A stretch of 64,000 bases of DNA from Nostoc sp. (GCA_036918135.1 JBALDB010000032.1:1-64000), one strand, 5' to 3'. Positions 21,294-32,331 are shown, counted from the stretch's first letter. Notes: generated from the letters alone by a model not told the origin. Program-made: numbers and translations.

Positions 21294-22415
21294 CTATTTT
21301 TCTTCCCAATCTTTTAATTTAAAGTCTGACTTTGCTAAACCTTGCGAAACTAAAAATTTTTTAGTACCTTCTAAAAGTTTTACTCCCTCAGGTGGTAATG
21401 GTTCTTCTGATACTTGTTGAAGTGGGTAGGATACTTTGATGATATCAACGGGATATTTAGTAGTTTGCGCGTGGTATTGATAATATTCTTCAGAATTAGC
21501 TTTTAAATCTTTGGCTGCTTCTGTGAGAATATTGTTAAATTTCTCAGGAAAATCAGGCTGTTTCGCTAAAAAGTTTTCAGTTGCTACGATTAATGAAGTT
21601 CCTGATAAACCATTATGATTTACTGAAGAATCAATCACCGGAAATCCTTGGGATTTCAGAAAAGGCCCCATATCACTTGAAGTTGCATAAGCCGCTACAT
21701 CACCATGTTCTAATGCTGCTTTTGCCTCAGTACTCATTAAGTGAACGATTTTTACATCTTTGGCAATTTTAGTTTCAGCTAATAGACCCAACAGGTATCG
21801 ATGCATATAAGAACCTTTTTGGGTAGCTATTTTTTCTCCTTTAAGTTCAGCAAGCGATCGCGGGCCATTCTTTTTCGCTACGAGCCAAGCAGTTGTATTA
21901 AATTGAGTAATTCGCAGCAGTCGAGTTTTCTCCCCTTTGGCTCTCAAAACTATCGCTGGTGTATCGCCTAAAGAACCAACATCTAATTGACCTGCAACAA
22001 GGGCTTCATTTAGATCCGGCCCGTTCGGAAATCGCGCAAAAGTAATGTTTTGAAATCCAACTTTTTTGAGTTCCCGCTCTAATATTCCCTTTTTCTTTGC
22101 CCAACCAAGCGGCCCTGTAGGTTCTGTACTACCTACATAACCTATACGCAAGGTAGATATATTGTTAGATGCAGTAATAGAACTAGTACTATTGGCATTA
22201 ATAGCTTCAATGGATTGAGCTGATTCACTTTTGCGGCTACATCCTGTAGTTAATAACAGTAAAACACAAGCAACTAAAGTCGATAATCTTATACTAGACA
22301 CCTTATGTCTAGGCTCGAAATGCCTAACTTTTCTGTTTATAAAGCTACCTTCTACCTTCTGCCTTGTCTTCGACACGCTACGCGAACTGCCTTCTGCCTT
22401 CTTTAACGACAGCAT
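21294..22415 (-). CDS. SsuA/NrtA-type ABC substrate-binding lipoprotein (AsfC-like context)
   Basis: Lipobox TTGC; FPNGPDLNEAL and GDTPAI motifs. Confidence 0.85.
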   Translation of the reverse strand: MLSLKKAEGSSRSVSKTRQKVEGSFINRKVRHFEPRHKVSSIRLSTLVACVLLLLTTGCSRKSESAQSIEAINANSTSSITASNNISTLRIGYVGSTEPTGPLGWAKKKGILERELKKVGFQNITFARFPNGPDLNEALVAGQLDVGSLGDTPAIVLRAKGEKTRLLRITQFNTTAWLVAKKNGPRSLAELKGEKIATQKGSYMHRYLLGLLAETKIAKDVKIVHLMSTEAKAALEHGDVAAYATSSDMGPFLKSQGFPVIDSSVNHNGLSGTSLIVATENFLAKQPDFPEKFNNILTEAAKDLKANSEEYYQYHAQTTKYPVDIIKVSYPLQQVSEEPLPPEGVKLLEGTKKFLVSQGLAKSDFKLKDWEEK

Positions 22416-22434
22416 GACTATTTTCTCCGCTGTA

Positions 22435-22764
22435 CTATTTCATCTGCTTGAGAATTTGGAATGTTGAATCGCTTTTTGCTGTTGATGTACGTTTATGTCC
22501 CCAACCAACATTTTCGCGGTAACTACCCAGCAAGCCGACTTCTACCAATTCTGCTTCGTTGACTGAAGTCTGCATGTCGCTTTGAGGTGCTACATAAAGA
22601 GCGTCAACTGGACAATACAATTCGCACATATAACAGGTTTGGCAGTCACTTTGTCGGGCAATAGTTGGCGGTGCATCAGGTACGCGGTCAAACACGTTGG
22701 TCGGACAAACGTTCACGCAGATATTACATTGTATGCACCGCGATTCGCTGACCAACTCAATCAC
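22435..22764 (-). CDS. 2x[4Fe-4S] ferredoxin (AsfB/AprB-like)
   Basis: CIQCNICVNVCP and CQTCYMCELYCP; 4-bp overlap with the upstream flavoprotein. Confidence 0.92.
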   Translation of the reverse strand: MIELVSESRCIQCNICVNVCPTNVFDRVPDAPPTIARQSDCQTCYMCELYCPVDALYVAPQSDMQTSVNEAELVEVGLLGSYRENVGWGHKRTSTAKSDSTFQILKQMK

Positions 22765-24395
22765 ACTGCTGCTCCTATTTTAGATTTGGGATTTTCTGCT
22801 TTTACTGTAGTATTTAGCGGCTGAGTCTTGACCCAGACTCGATCTAATCCACCACTAATTAAATAATGTTGTTGGTTAGCATCTTGTTCGGGATAGTCTA
22901 AATGTTTGTGCATACCACGAGTTTCTTTGCGTTCAAGGGCACTGCTATACATCCATCGTGCTGTGGCTACCATTGCCGCAGCTTCTCTGGCCCGAATAAG
23001 TTCTTGATTCGATGTTACCTCGCTACTGCGGATTTCTTGCCAGAGGTGATTGAGTCTAGCTAGAGACTCAGTTAAGCCATGTTCTGTACGAAATAAGTTC
23101 CGTTCGTAGGGGAATACTTCAGCTTGGACTGCCTGAATCACTTCATCAGTTGCAAATTTATCAAAGCGATCGCTCTGACTCTTTAATCCTACCTCTCCCA
23201 CACCCTTGAGGTGAGGTTGAGTTTTCTGTTGTCTGATGCGGCTATATTCGGCAGCCGATTCGCCTGACCAATAGCCAGAAGATATTGCCCAAGCTGCATT
23301 ATGGCTACCACCGCCAGTGAATCCGCCACAAATCAGTTCTCGTGTGGCTGCATCTCCAGCAGCGTAAAGTCCCCGTACTGAGGTGGCACAGCTATCATCT
23401 AAAATCAGAATTCCTCCTGTACCGCGTACAGTTCCCTCTAGACGCAAGGTAACAGGGAAACGTTGAGTAAATGGATCGATACCTGCACGGTCAAAGGGTA
23501 AAAAGAAGTTAGGCTGCGCCAAACGCATAGATGGGCGCATGGATTCGGTTGCTTTATCCAAAATCGCGTAAACTGGTTGTTCGAGCAATGTCTTGGCTAT
23601 TACCGAACGTCCCCTTTGAGAACCCGCACCAGGAATCACGCTGCCGTCTTCGTAGGTGAAGGTTGCCCAATTATAGAACAGGGTTTTGGTAACTGAAGAA
23701 AAAGCTGGGGAGATGCCATAAGCGTTGGAGAATTCCATACCCGACATCTCAGCACCTGCTTCAGCAGCCATTAAATAACCATCCCCTGTCAGGACGTTGC
23801 ATCCTAACGCTTTACTTAAAAACGCACAGCCACCGGTGGCAATGATTGTGGCAATTGAACGCACCATCCATTTTCCACCAGTCTGACGGTTCACACCCGT
23901 GGCACCGCCAACAGCACCATCTTCATCTACTAATAGTTCTAAGGCGGGGCTGTGGTCTAAAATCTTGACTCCTGCGCGTTGAATTTGCCGCCGCATCAGT
24001 CGCATATACTCCGGGCCTTGGAGCGATCGCCGATAGGGTTTGCCTTCATCGTCCGTAGGAAAAGGATAACCCCACTCTGCTAACCGATTGACGTTGACAT
24101 ACGTCTGATTCAGTACCCGATCCATCCAATTGCGATCGCATAAAAACCCTCCCAATGATTCCCGACTTGCCTTGGCTGTTTCCCGTGCTTCTGGGTCGGG
24201 TGGCACATACCATACACCATTACCAGATGCGGCCGCACATCCAGTCGTCCCACAATATCCTTTATCTACGAGGACAACTCTAGCTCCAGTTGATGCAGCA
24301 CTCCAAGCCGCCCAAGTTCCAGCAGGCCCACCGCCAATCACTAGGACATCTGCTTGCAGGTCGAGTTCAAAATCGATTGTTAATGTCTTGAGCAT
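22761..24395 (-). CDS. FAD-dependent oxidoreductase, fumarate reductase/APS reductase superfamily (AsfA-like)
   Basis: DVLVIGGGPAG, IATGG, GLYAAGD and RKETRGMH motifs. Confidence 0.88.
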   Translation of the reverse strand: MLKTLTIDFELDLQADVLVIGGGPAGTWAAWSAASTGARVVLVDKGYCGTTGCAAASGNGVWYVPPDPEARETAKASRESLGGFLCDRNWMDRVLNQTYVNVNRLAEWGYPFPTDDEGKPYRRSLQGPEYMRLMRRQIQRAGVKILDHSPALELLVDEDGAVGGATGVNRQTGGKWMVRSIATIIATGGCAFLSKALGCNVLTGDGYLMAAEAGAEMSGMEFSNAYGISPAFSSVTKTLFYNWATFTYEDGSVIPGAGSQRGRSVIAKTLLEQPVYAILDKATESMRPSMRLAQPNFFLPFDRAGIDPFTQRFPVTLRLEGTVRGTGGILILDDSCATSVRGLYAAGDAATRELICGGFTGGGSHNAAWAISSGYWSGESAAEYSRIRQQKTQPHLKGVGEVGLKSQSDRFDKFATDEVIQAVQAEVFPYERNLFRTEHGLTESLARLNHLWQEIRSSEVTSNQELIRAREAAAMVATARWMYSSALERKETRGMHKHLDYPEQDANQQHYLISGGLDRVWVKTQPLNTTVKAENPKSKIGAAV

Positions 24396-24561
24396 CTAAA
24401 ATATTTCTCCCTATCGAGCAAGTCCTAAGCATCAAATCTTCACCCCATTGATGCCGCACACTATCAAAAATTTCTTTTGCCTATCCTAGTTAAGGGTTTT
24501 CTACTACCCTCGATTTATGGCTCCTTTAGTTAGGTTGCCTGTAAATTAAATTTTATTAATC

Positions 24562-24587
24562 TACTTTATCTTTAGCGATTAACCGTA
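24562..24587. promoter_or_regulatory. Putative sulfur-regulon operator, copy 2
   Basis: TACTTTAT-CTTTAGCGAT-TAACCGTA upstream of the minus-strand flavoprotein operon. Confidence 0.6.
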
Positions 24588-24777
24588 GTTTATTACATAA
24601 CAAAGCTTTTCACAATTTCTGACAAAAAGCAAGTATTGTAACAAATAAATTTAAATATAAATTTCTGCAAAATAAACTTTCTATATCTGAATATACACTT
24701 GCTTTTTACATAATTTTGTGCATAATCCGGCTATGAGATTGGGGAGATGTGGTTCGATTTGGCGGTAGTTGAATCTC

Positions 24778-24868
24778 GACTTCGCTCGATTTTTGCGTAG
24801 TCGAAACTCACCAACTGCCAGATGTAGTTCGACTTCGCTCAATTTCCGCATAGTCGAAACTCACCAAC
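24778..24868. repeat. Two 38-bp direct copies of a small dispersed repeat
   Basis: GACTTCGCTCRATTTYYGCRTAGTCGAAACTCACCAAC at 24778 and 24831. Confidence 0.75.
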
Positions 24869-24955
24869 CAGGAGGGATGGGAAGCTTTTTCATAATCTCC
24901 TCATCTCCACACACTCTCAATACCCCAATTTTTATAAAGGATTAATGACCAATGA

Positions 24956-26809
24956 CTAAAACCTAAAGACAGTACGAATCCAAGCATATAAACTATCAGG
25001 ATTAGTGCTATCAGAGTTTGGTGCAGTAATCCAGATTAAACCTGGCGTAATCTCAATATTGTCCCCAATTTTATATTGGTAAAATGCCTCAACGTGGAGA
25101 GAGGTATCTTTATCTGCTTGTCCGGCACCAGCTCCCAAATCTACACTATCACTGAGACGGATCATTTTCGGCTCCATACCAACTAAAAATCCACCGAGAG
25201 CGCCTTCCTTAAAAAGATCCGGGAATGCCAGTCCTACCGCCCAATCCATAGCTGCGCCATCTCCGCGTCCTATATAGCGATGGGCTGCATAACTTACCCA
25301 TCCATTGATTGCCAGCTTAGAACTAACTTGATAGAACGCCTGTAGACCATAAAGGTTACCTATGGTTCCCGCCCCAGCCACAGTACTGTTTACCAGGTTA
25401 CTTCCCACTGCTGGGCCGAAGTTTGTTCCACTAAAACCTTGGGTATTTGGTGGGCTATAGGTATTGACGTAAGTTGCAGCTACTCGAAAATTTCTATTAC
25501 CTGAGTAGTATATTATCTGTGCTAAAGCTAAATACCTGCCTGAAAAAAAGCCATTATTAACTGCTGGATTATTACCATTTGGTGTACTGTATGCTAACCC
25601 AACTTGAACCTGTTTGCCTAAGCGCTGGAGTATGGCAATTCCGGCGCCGCTATCTCCATAGTTATAGACCAAAGACCGTCGTGAAAATCGTGAAATTCCA
25701 TTAGCACCAGTTGCAGAAGACGATTCAAAATATGGATTAACCGGGCCGGAAAGACCTATCTCACTAGCTCCATCGGATAGGGCATAGATATTTACTTGGG
25801 TATCTGGATTAGGTAAAAACCGATAGCGAACACCACCGAGAATAATCTGATTGAATGGAAAAGTAATACTGGAGTTATCAGCGGTTCTCCCTTCATAAGT
25901 TCCTAATAATCCAGCTCTTGTTTGTCCCAACGATCCTTGATTTCCACCTGACAAGGCTATGCTGAGTGAGTCTTTCCCGTTAAAACTGGTGTTTAAGCGT
26001 AAGTTAGCTGAGCCTTGAAGTGTGGGATTGTGAGGTGCGCGTGTCTTAGTCACGACATTATTACCCTCTAGAACTGAGCCAAAAATAATCTGAGCTCTAG
26101 CTATAAGTTTGGTTGTAGTCGAAAACTGAGTTGCTGCTAAGTTGGCAGTCCGCACTTCCAAGTTCTCTAAGCGTCCCCGAAATTCAGCAAGTTCTGGAGA
26201 AAATTGTTCTTGTAGTTTTTTGATAGTATCTAAGTCTTCCCGTCTGACTAAATCTGTCTTTGAACTGGCTATTAATTCATTGAGGCGATCTAAAGCTGCA
26301 TTCAACCCAGCTGCAAATTCGTAGCGAGTTAGAGGGCGATTCCCTTTGAATGTGCCATCTGTATATCCAGCAATTACATCATAACGTTGTACTAAAGACT
26401 GTAGTGCCCCAAATGCCCAATCTGTGGGCTTCACGTCTGATAGTTGGGAGACGGATGTCACTTGTTCAGCAGAATTATTGGTAGGTTTTTTCTTAGTCGA
26501 TAGTACAGCTCCTGACAATTCTGAGACAGGCGTCACTCGTTCTGGCTTTTTAGCCTTTTTTTTAGTTAGTCCTGGAATTGAAGTTTCTACTGTTTGATTC
26601 ACAATTGGTTCTGGAGATTTGTTCACCTCTAGTTCACCAATTGAAGTTTGTACTGTTTGATTATCAACTGCTTGTTGAAGTTTGTTAGCTTCTAGTTCTT
26701 TAGGTAGTTCAGCCAAACTTTTAGCTGGATGAAAAACCACGACAGCTAGAATATTTAGTAATGAAATCAGGAACAGTATGGATCTATAATTCCAGCGGAA
26801 ATTGGACAT
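24956..26809 (-). CDS. Cyanobacterial outer-membrane porin with SLH domain (OprB-like)
   Basis: VTSVSQLSDVKPTDWAF, TRYEFAAGLN, QFSTTTKL, HVEAFYQY and terminal RTVFRF. Confidence 0.92.
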   Translation of the reverse strand: MSNFRWNYRSILFLISLLNILAVVVFHPAKSLAELPKELEANKLQQAVDNQTVQTSIGELEVNKSPEPIVNQTVETSIPGLTKKKAKKPERVTPVSELSGAVLSTKKKPTNNSAEQVTSVSQLSDVKPTDWAFGALQSLVQRYDVIAGYTDGTFKGNRPLTRYEFAAGLNAALDRLNELIASSKTDLVRREDLDTIKKLQEQFSPELAEFRGRLENLEVRTANLAATQFSTTTKLIARAQIIFGSVLEGNNVVTKTRAPHNPTLQGSANLRLNTSFNGKDSLSIALSGGNQGSLGQTRAGLLGTYEGRTADNSSITFPFNQIILGGVRYRFLPNPDTQVNIYALSDGASEIGLSGPVNPYFESSSATGANGISRFSRRSLVYNYGDSGAGIAILQRLGKQVQVGLAYSTPNGNNPAVNNGFFSGRYLALAQIIYYSGNRNFRVAATYVNTYSPPNTQGFSGTNFGPAVGSNLVNSTVAGAGTIGNLYGLQAFYQVSSKLAINGWVSYAAHRYIGRGDGAAMDWAVGLAFPDLFKEGALGGFLVGMEPKMIRLSDSVDLGAGAGQADKDTSLHVEAFYQYKIGDNIEITPGLIWITAPNSDSTNPDSLYAWIRTVFRF

Positions 26810-27104
26810 GACTCTTTAACTCCTCAACCTGAAAAACGAATAAACTAGCTTGAAATTAACTAAAAAATGAGTAGAAGTTCCTGATGCAATATTTGTGCTA
26901 GACCATTAGCAGGACATAGTAAAGGTTTCATTGATAAGAAAATGACAAATATCAGATATCAAAACGACTACTAAGTAGTTGAATGTAGAATCCGAAAGTC
27001 GCAGTAAATTATTAATTCTGGCGCTTCAAAGGATAATAAGACGATATTTGAAAAGTGGTAGCTGATAATTAGCTACATTTTGACAGCATCAATTATTCCC
27101 AAAG

Positions 27105-27130
27105 TACGATAAATCGATAGACTTACCGTT
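27105..27130. promoter_or_regulatory. Putative sulfur-regulon operator, copy 3
   Basis: TACGATAA-ATCGATAGAC-TTACCGTT in the porin/ssuD divergent region, on the porin side. Confidence 0.7.
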
Positions 27131-27515
27131 TTATTCAGAATTATCTTTGCATAGACCTTGGTACAACGCAAGACCTAGTGCTTATACATAAGGTGAAAAT
27201 ATGTCAAAATTATTGGCTAACTCAACTCGCTAACTGCGATCGCCTGACTTTTATCTGACTCATAGCAACGTAGATAAACGTCTCAATGGTTTTACGTAAA
27301 AGAGCGTAGTCTTTAATCGTAGAGCATCTTGAAGACTACTAATTCCTAGCTTCTTAAAGAAAATTTCAAGAAAAGTTGTTTCTAACACAGTTATTTTCAT
27401 ATAAAAGTGTAAAAATTCCTGACTAAGGAACTTTTTGTCTCGGCAGCCATTTTTGACTAATGGTTAAATAATGGTTGATTTTTACGTAATATCAAGTACA
27501 ATCTTACCTATAAAC

Positions 27516-27541
27516 TACGGTAAATCGGTCGATTAAACGTA
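27516..27541. promoter_or_regulatory. Putative sulfur-regulon operator, copy 4
   Basis: TACGGTAA-ATCGGTCGAT-TAAACGTA, 27 bp before ssuD and just downstream of a TTGATT-N16-TACAAT promoter candidate (27475-27502). Confidence 0.7.
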
Positions 27542-27568
27542 AATTATAAAACTCATACCTGATAAACA

Positions 27569-28717
27569 ATGCAAATTCTTTGGTTTATTCCTACTGGATC
27601 TCATGACGGACGCTATTTAGGCACAGATATTGGCTCTCGTATTGCTACACCTGATTATTTGCAGCAAATTGCCCAAGCTGTAGATAGTTTAGGCTACACA
27701 GGTGCATTACTACCTACAGGGCGTTCTTGTGAAGATGCTTGGATTACTGCTGCGGCTTTTATATCTGTTACCAAGCAAATGAAATTTCTCGTGGCAATTC
27801 GCCCAGGAATCACTTCTCCTGGTGCTGCGGCACGGATGGCAGCAACATTTGACCGGATTTCTAAAGGAAGATTATTAATTAATGTTGTAACAGGTGGAGA
27901 TCCCGTACACCTTGCAGGAGATGGCTTGCATCTGAGTCATGACGATCGCTATGATTTAACCGATGAATTTTTAAGTGTTTGGCGGGGTATTGTCAGCGGG
28001 GAAACAGTTGATTTTAAAGGAAACTATTTAGATATCAAAGGCGGTAAACTTCTATTCCCACCAGTTCAAAAACCCTATCCACCCTTGTGGTTTGGTGGTT
28101 CATCTGCTGCTGCCAAGCGGGTTGCTGCCAAACATATAGATGTTTATCTGACTTGGGGAGAACCTCCACAACAAGTTGCACAAAAAATTGCTGAAGTTCG
28201 ACAACTGGCGGCAGAACAAGGTAGAACAGTACGTTTTGGCATTCGTTTGCACGTAATTGTGCGATCGACCGAGTCTGCGGCTTGGGATGCTGCCAATGAG
28301 CTAATTAAGTATGTAGATGAAGAAGCGATCGCCACAGCTCAAAAAGAGTTTGCTAGTTCTGATTCTGAAGGACAGCGGCGCATGAGTCAACTACATAATG
28401 GTTCTCGCCAAGCCCTAGAAATTAGCCCCAATTTATGGACAGGAATTGGATTAGTGCGGGGTGGTGCTGGTACTGCTTTAGTTGGAGATTCCGACACCGT
28501 TATTGCTAGGATGTTGGAATATCAGGAACTAGGAATAGAAAGTTTCATTTTCTCTGGATATCCCCATTTAGAGGAAGCGTATCGCACCGCAGAATTATTA
28601 TTCCCACACCTACCTTTACAGAACCAACCTGCACCTTCAACACCACAAGTATTAAGTCATTTTGGCGAAACAGCCGTTAATGAAAAATTTGCTAAACAAC
28701 TAACAACTGCCTCGTGA
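27569..28717 (+). CDS. ssuD: FMNH2-dependent alkanesulfonate monooxygenase
   Basis: Canonical [19 protein letters not shown] and [10 protein letters not shown] motifs. Confidence 0.95.
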   Translation: MQILWFIPTGSHDGRYLGTDIGSRIATPDYLQQIAQAVDSLGYTGALLPTGRSCEDAWITAAAFISVTKQMKFLVAIRPGITSPGAAARMAATFDRISKGRLLINVVTGGDPVHLAGDGLHLSHDDRYDLTDEFLSVWRGIVSGETVDFKGNYLDIKGGKLLFPPVQKPYPPLWFGGSSAAAKRVAAKHIDVYLTWGEPPQQVAQKIAEVRQLAAEQGRTVRFGIRLHVIVRSTESAAWDAANELIKYVDEEAIATAQKEFASSDSEGQRRMSQLHNGSRQALEISPNLWTGIGLVRGGAGTALVGDSDTVIARMLEYQELGIESFIFSGYPHLEEAYRTAELLFPHLPLQNQPAPSTPQVLSHFGETAVNEKFAKQLTTAS

Positions 28718-28762
28718 GGTAATAATTCGTAATTAGTATTCTATCCAAAATACTTTCATCCC

Positions 28763-29587
28763 ATGACTATCACTTTTAAAGAGAGCAAACGTAATAATAT
28801 CTCCCTAAATGCAGTGCTAGAAAGCCCACAACTGGAGAAAATAGTCCCTTGGATTGTGCCTGTTCTAGTAGTAGTACTTTGGGAATTTGCTTCCAGAACT
28901 GGTCTACTTTCCAGTAGAATTTTACCAGCTCCTAGTGGTGTAATTATTACAGCAATTAGATTAGCTTCAACTGGAGAACTGTTTCAACATATAGGAATTA
29001 GTGCTGGGCGTGCCATATCTGGTTTTATAGTCGGTGGCAGTATTGGCTTCGGTTTGGGATTACTCAACGGCTTTTCTCGTCTAGCAGAAAAGTTATTAGA
29101 TAGTTCTCTACAAATGCTTCGCACTATTCCTAATTTGGCATTGATTCCTTTAGTAATTCTCTGGTTTGGTATTGGCGACCAAGCTAGATTATTTTTAGTA
29201 TCTATGGGTGTATTTTTTCCGGTGTATCTCAATACATTTCATGGAATTCGTAGTGTCGATTCTGGTCTGATTGAGATGGGAAAAGTATATGGATTGAAAA
29301 CACCACAACTTTTGTGGCAAATTATTTTTCCTGGGGCTTTATCTTCGATTCTTGTTGGTGTCCGTTTTTCCTTAGGAATTATGTGGCTGACACTAATTGT
29401 TGCCGAAACTATTGCAGCAGACTCAGGACTTGGTTATATGGCAATGAATGCTCGTGAATTTATGCAAACTGATGTTGTGGTCTTGAGTATTGTGATTTAT
29501 GCCTTGCTCGGTAAATTAGCTGATACCATTGCTAGAGCGTTAGAAAGAAAGTTTTTGGCTTGGAATCCTAACTATCAAGGTGTATAA
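28763..29587 (+). CDS. ssuC: Aliphatic sulfonate ABC transporter permease
   Basis: ILPAP, QMLRTIPNLALIPLVILWFGIG and WLTLIVAETI motifs. Confidence 0.95.
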   Translation: MTITFKESKRNNISLNAVLESPQLEKIVPWIVPVLVVVLWEFASRTGLLSSRILPAPSGVIITAIRLASTGELFQHIGISAGRAISGFIVGGSIGFGLGLLNGFSRLAEKLLDSSLQMLRTIPNLALIPLVILWFGIGDQARLFLVSMGVFFPVYLNTFHGIRSVDSGLIEMGKVYGLKTPQLLWQIIFPGALSSILVGVRFSLGIMWLTLIVAETIAADSGLGYMAMNAREFMQTDVVVLSIVIYALLGKLADTIARALERKFLAWNPNYQGV

Positions 29588-29714
29588 ATTTCATCATTAA
29601 TCAAAAATTAAAATAGTTCATTTGATTTTGATTAATGACGGAAATTATATAGCAAATTTTGATTTAATTACAAAATTAACCATATACGCTCTGTAAATAA
29701 AGGAGATTTTTCGA

Positions 29715-30485
29715 GTGAGTTTAAATCTACAAGGCACGCAATTAAGTATTTTGGATTTGACAAAAGAATTTGGCAAAAAAAAGATTTTAAAATCATTGAA
29801 TTTAGAAGTCGCACCAGGTGAGTTTGTTGCCATTGTCGGACGTAGTGGTTGCGGTAAGAGTACCTTATTGCGTCTTGTGTCAGCATTAGATAAACCGACT
29901 TCGGGTGGAATACTACTAGATGGAGAACCACTTTATAGACTCACCCGGTCTGTAACAGTGATGTTTCAAGACTCCCGTTTACTACCTTGGAAGCGAGTTG
30001 TTGATAATGTAGGATTAGGCTTGCAAGGGAATTGGCGTGAAAGAGCAAAGTGGGCACTCCAGAAAGTCGGACTTGAAGATAGAGCTGATGAGTGGCCATA
30101 TGTATTATCTGGTGGACAGCGCCAACGGGTGTCATTGGCAAGAGCATTAGTGGGTCAACCGCGTTTGTTGTTGTTAGATGAACCTTTGGGAGCATTGGAT
30201 GCTCTTACTCGCTTAGAAATGCAGCACTTGATAGAGAATTTATGGCAAGAGCGCAAGTTTACTGCGTTTTTAGTTACTCATGATGTAGAAGAAGCAGTAG
30301 CATTGGCAGACCGAGTAATCCTAATTGAAGCAGGACAGATTACTTTAGATTTACCTGTGAGACTTTCACGTCCGCGAGATAGAACTAACGAACTGTTTAT
30401 CAATATCAGAGAAACAGTTTTACAACGAGTAATGAGAAATGAAAGTACTCAAGCAGCTAATCAATTAGTACAGTTGAGTAGTTGA
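29715..30485 (+). CDS. ssuB: Aliphatic sulfonate ABC transporter ATPase
   Basis: [14 protein letters not shown] and [14 protein letters not shown] motifs. Confidence 0.95.
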   Translation: MSLNLQGTQLSILDLTKEFGKKKILKSLNLEVAPGEFVAIVGRSGCGKSTLLRLVSALDKPTSGGILLDGEPLYRLTRSVTVMFQDSRLLPWKRVVDNVGLGLQGNWRERAKWALQKVGLEDRADEWPYVLSGGQRQRVSLARALVGQPRLLLLDEPLGALDALTRLEMQHLIENLWQERKFTAFLVTHDVEEAVALADRVILIEAGQITLDLPVRLSRPRDRTNELFINIRETVLQRVMRNESTQAANQLVQLSS

Positions 30486-30778
30486 AATTTAAGCTTTTTT
30501 AGTCAAGCAATATTAAACTTGAGGTAGCTACAGTAAAATAGGCTACTTCGAGATTAAAACTTTATTTTAAAAAGTAGCTACAGGAATCTAAAATTGTTTT
30601 TGAACACTCAAAATTTGTCTCAAGTCTGTTGTCTATACCTGTGAGTAATTTTTTCTATATTCACGACGTAGATAAACTAAAATACAATTATTAATTTATA
30701 TTGTTAATTTAAAATAAATAATAAATATTTATTATTTATTATTTATTTTAATGAGAATTAAAAAATTAACAAAATATG

Positions 30779-31155
30779 ATGCAGACTATGTAGTAATTGC
30801 GACACCGTTAACACAAGAAACTAAAGAATTTATTGATGAATCTGTATTGCGATCGCTCCCTTCCCATGCATACTTAATTAATATTGCTCGTGGTGGCGTC
30901 ATTGATGAATCCGCATTAATCAAAGCACTTACTGAAGATTGGATTGCAGGTGCAGCATTAGACACAGTTAGCACCGAACCCCTACCACCAGAAAGCCCTT
31001 TATGGTCGCTTCCAAACATCTTTATCACACTTCATACTTCTGGTCATTCGCCAAAAAGTCAACAGCGTTCAATAGCTCTATTTATTGACAATCTTAACCG
31101 CTACCAAGCTGGTAAACCGTTACGAAATGTAGTAGATAAAGAAGCAGGGTATTAG
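30779..31155 (+). pseudogene. 3' fragment of a D-2-hydroxyacid dehydrogenase gene
   Basis: DYVVIATPLT...INIARG...VVDKEAGY matches the C-terminal part of the next gene; preceded only by AT-rich sequence. Confidence 0.8.
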
Positions 31156-31171
31156 GGCATGGGGTAAACAG

Positions 31172-31330
31172 GGAGTGTGGGAGGAAAAGGGGGTGTGGCA
31201 GGATGGGGAACAAATGCAGGTGTGGGAGGAAAAGGAGGTGTGGCAGGATGGGGAAGAAATCTTGCCCCCTCTCTCCCCACACTCCCCCATCTCCTCATCT
31301 TTTCCCCCTCTCTTTCGACACTCCCTACAC
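31172..31330. repeat. G-rich/C-rich palindromic repeat
   Basis: GTGTGGGAGGAAAAGGAGGTGTGGCAGGATGGGGAAGAAATCTT followed by a CCCCACACT arm; core shared with 45470-45550. Confidence 0.75.
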
Positions 31331-31380
31331 TCCCTGTTTGCCCCGTGCCCCAGTCTGTTTAAAATCAGGGAGTAGAAAAT

Positions 31381-32331
31381 ATGGTGAAACTAATTTTACC
31401 CGATCATCTGATTGCCGAGATTAAGCCGCAATTACCATCTGATGTGGAGTTCGTAGAGGTGGATAGTGAAGGCAATTTTGATGGCGATCCTAGTGATGCA
31501 GAAGTTTATGTCAACGGATTCTACCTCAAGTCCTCTACCCTTGACAAAGTACTGGCAGCAGCACCGAAGCTGCGTTGGCAACAATCACCGAGTGCTGGTG
31601 TGAATCATATTCTCACGTCTAATTTTTTGCAAAGGGATATTATCCTTACAAATGGTGCGGGAGTTCACGCGATTCCAATTTCGGAATTCGTACTTGCATT
31701 CATGCTCTATCACGCCAAAAATCTGCGGAAATTGCAAACTTTGCAGGATGAACACACTTGGGTAAGAGGAGTGTTTCTTGAAGAGTTGGCAGATGCGACT
31801 TTACTAATTATTGGTACAGGAAATATCGGTCAAGCGATCGCATCTCGCGCTAAAGCTTTTGGAGTGCAAGTTTGGGGTAGTCGCCGCCATCCCGAACCCT
31901 TGCCCAATTTTGACAAAATTGTTGGTGCGGATGAGTGGCGCTCGCTCCTCCCTCAAGTAGACTATGTAGTTATTGCTATGCCTTTAACACCAGAAACTAA
32001 AGGTTTAATCGATGAAGCGGCATTACGCTCTATGCGTCCATTTGCCTACCTGATTAATATCGCTCGTGGTGCAATAGTGGATGAAACTGCATTACTTACC
32101 GCCCTACGTGATGAATGGATTGCGGGTGCTGGATTAGACACTACTGCCACAGAACCCCTGCCAGAGGAAAGTCCCTTATGGTCGCTACCGAACGCTTTTA
32201 TCACACCCCATTGTTCAGCCCTGTCACCACGGCTCAGAGACCGTATAGCAGCATTGTTTATCGACAATCTTAAACGCTACCAAACTGGTCAGCCTTTACG
32301 AAATGTTGTAGATAAGCAAGCAGGATACTAA
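31381..32331 (+). CDS. D-2-hydroxyacid dehydrogenase
   Basis: IGTGNIG, INIARG and ITPHCS motifs. Confidence 0.93.
   Translation: MVKLILPDHLIAEIKPQLPSDVEFVEVDSEGNFDGDPSDAEVYVNGFYLKSSTLDKVLAAAPKLRWQQSPSAGVNHILTSNFLQRDIILTNGAGVHAIPISEFVLAFMLYHAKNLRKLQTLQDEHTWVRGVFLEELADATLLIIGTGNIGQAIASRAKAFGVQVWGSRRHPEPLPNFDKIVGADEWRSLLPQVDYVVIAMPLTPETKGLIDEAALRSMRPFAYLINIARGAIVDETALLTALRDEWIAGAGLDTTATEPLPEESPLWSLPNAFITPHCSALSPRLRDRIAALFIDNLKRYQTGQPLRNVVDKQAGY

Noticed and set aside
24778..24868. Possible mini-CRISPR
   Set aside because: Only two copies, a 15-bp gap and no cas genes; fits small dispersed repeats
27268..30677. Shared 12-mer ACGTAGATAAAC at 27268 and 30666 as a second operator
   Set aside because: Two copies of a non-palindromic 12-mer are expected by chance in this much sequence
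31094..31424. Several short overlapping ORFs
   Set aside because: They arise from the low-complexity G-rich/C-rich repeat
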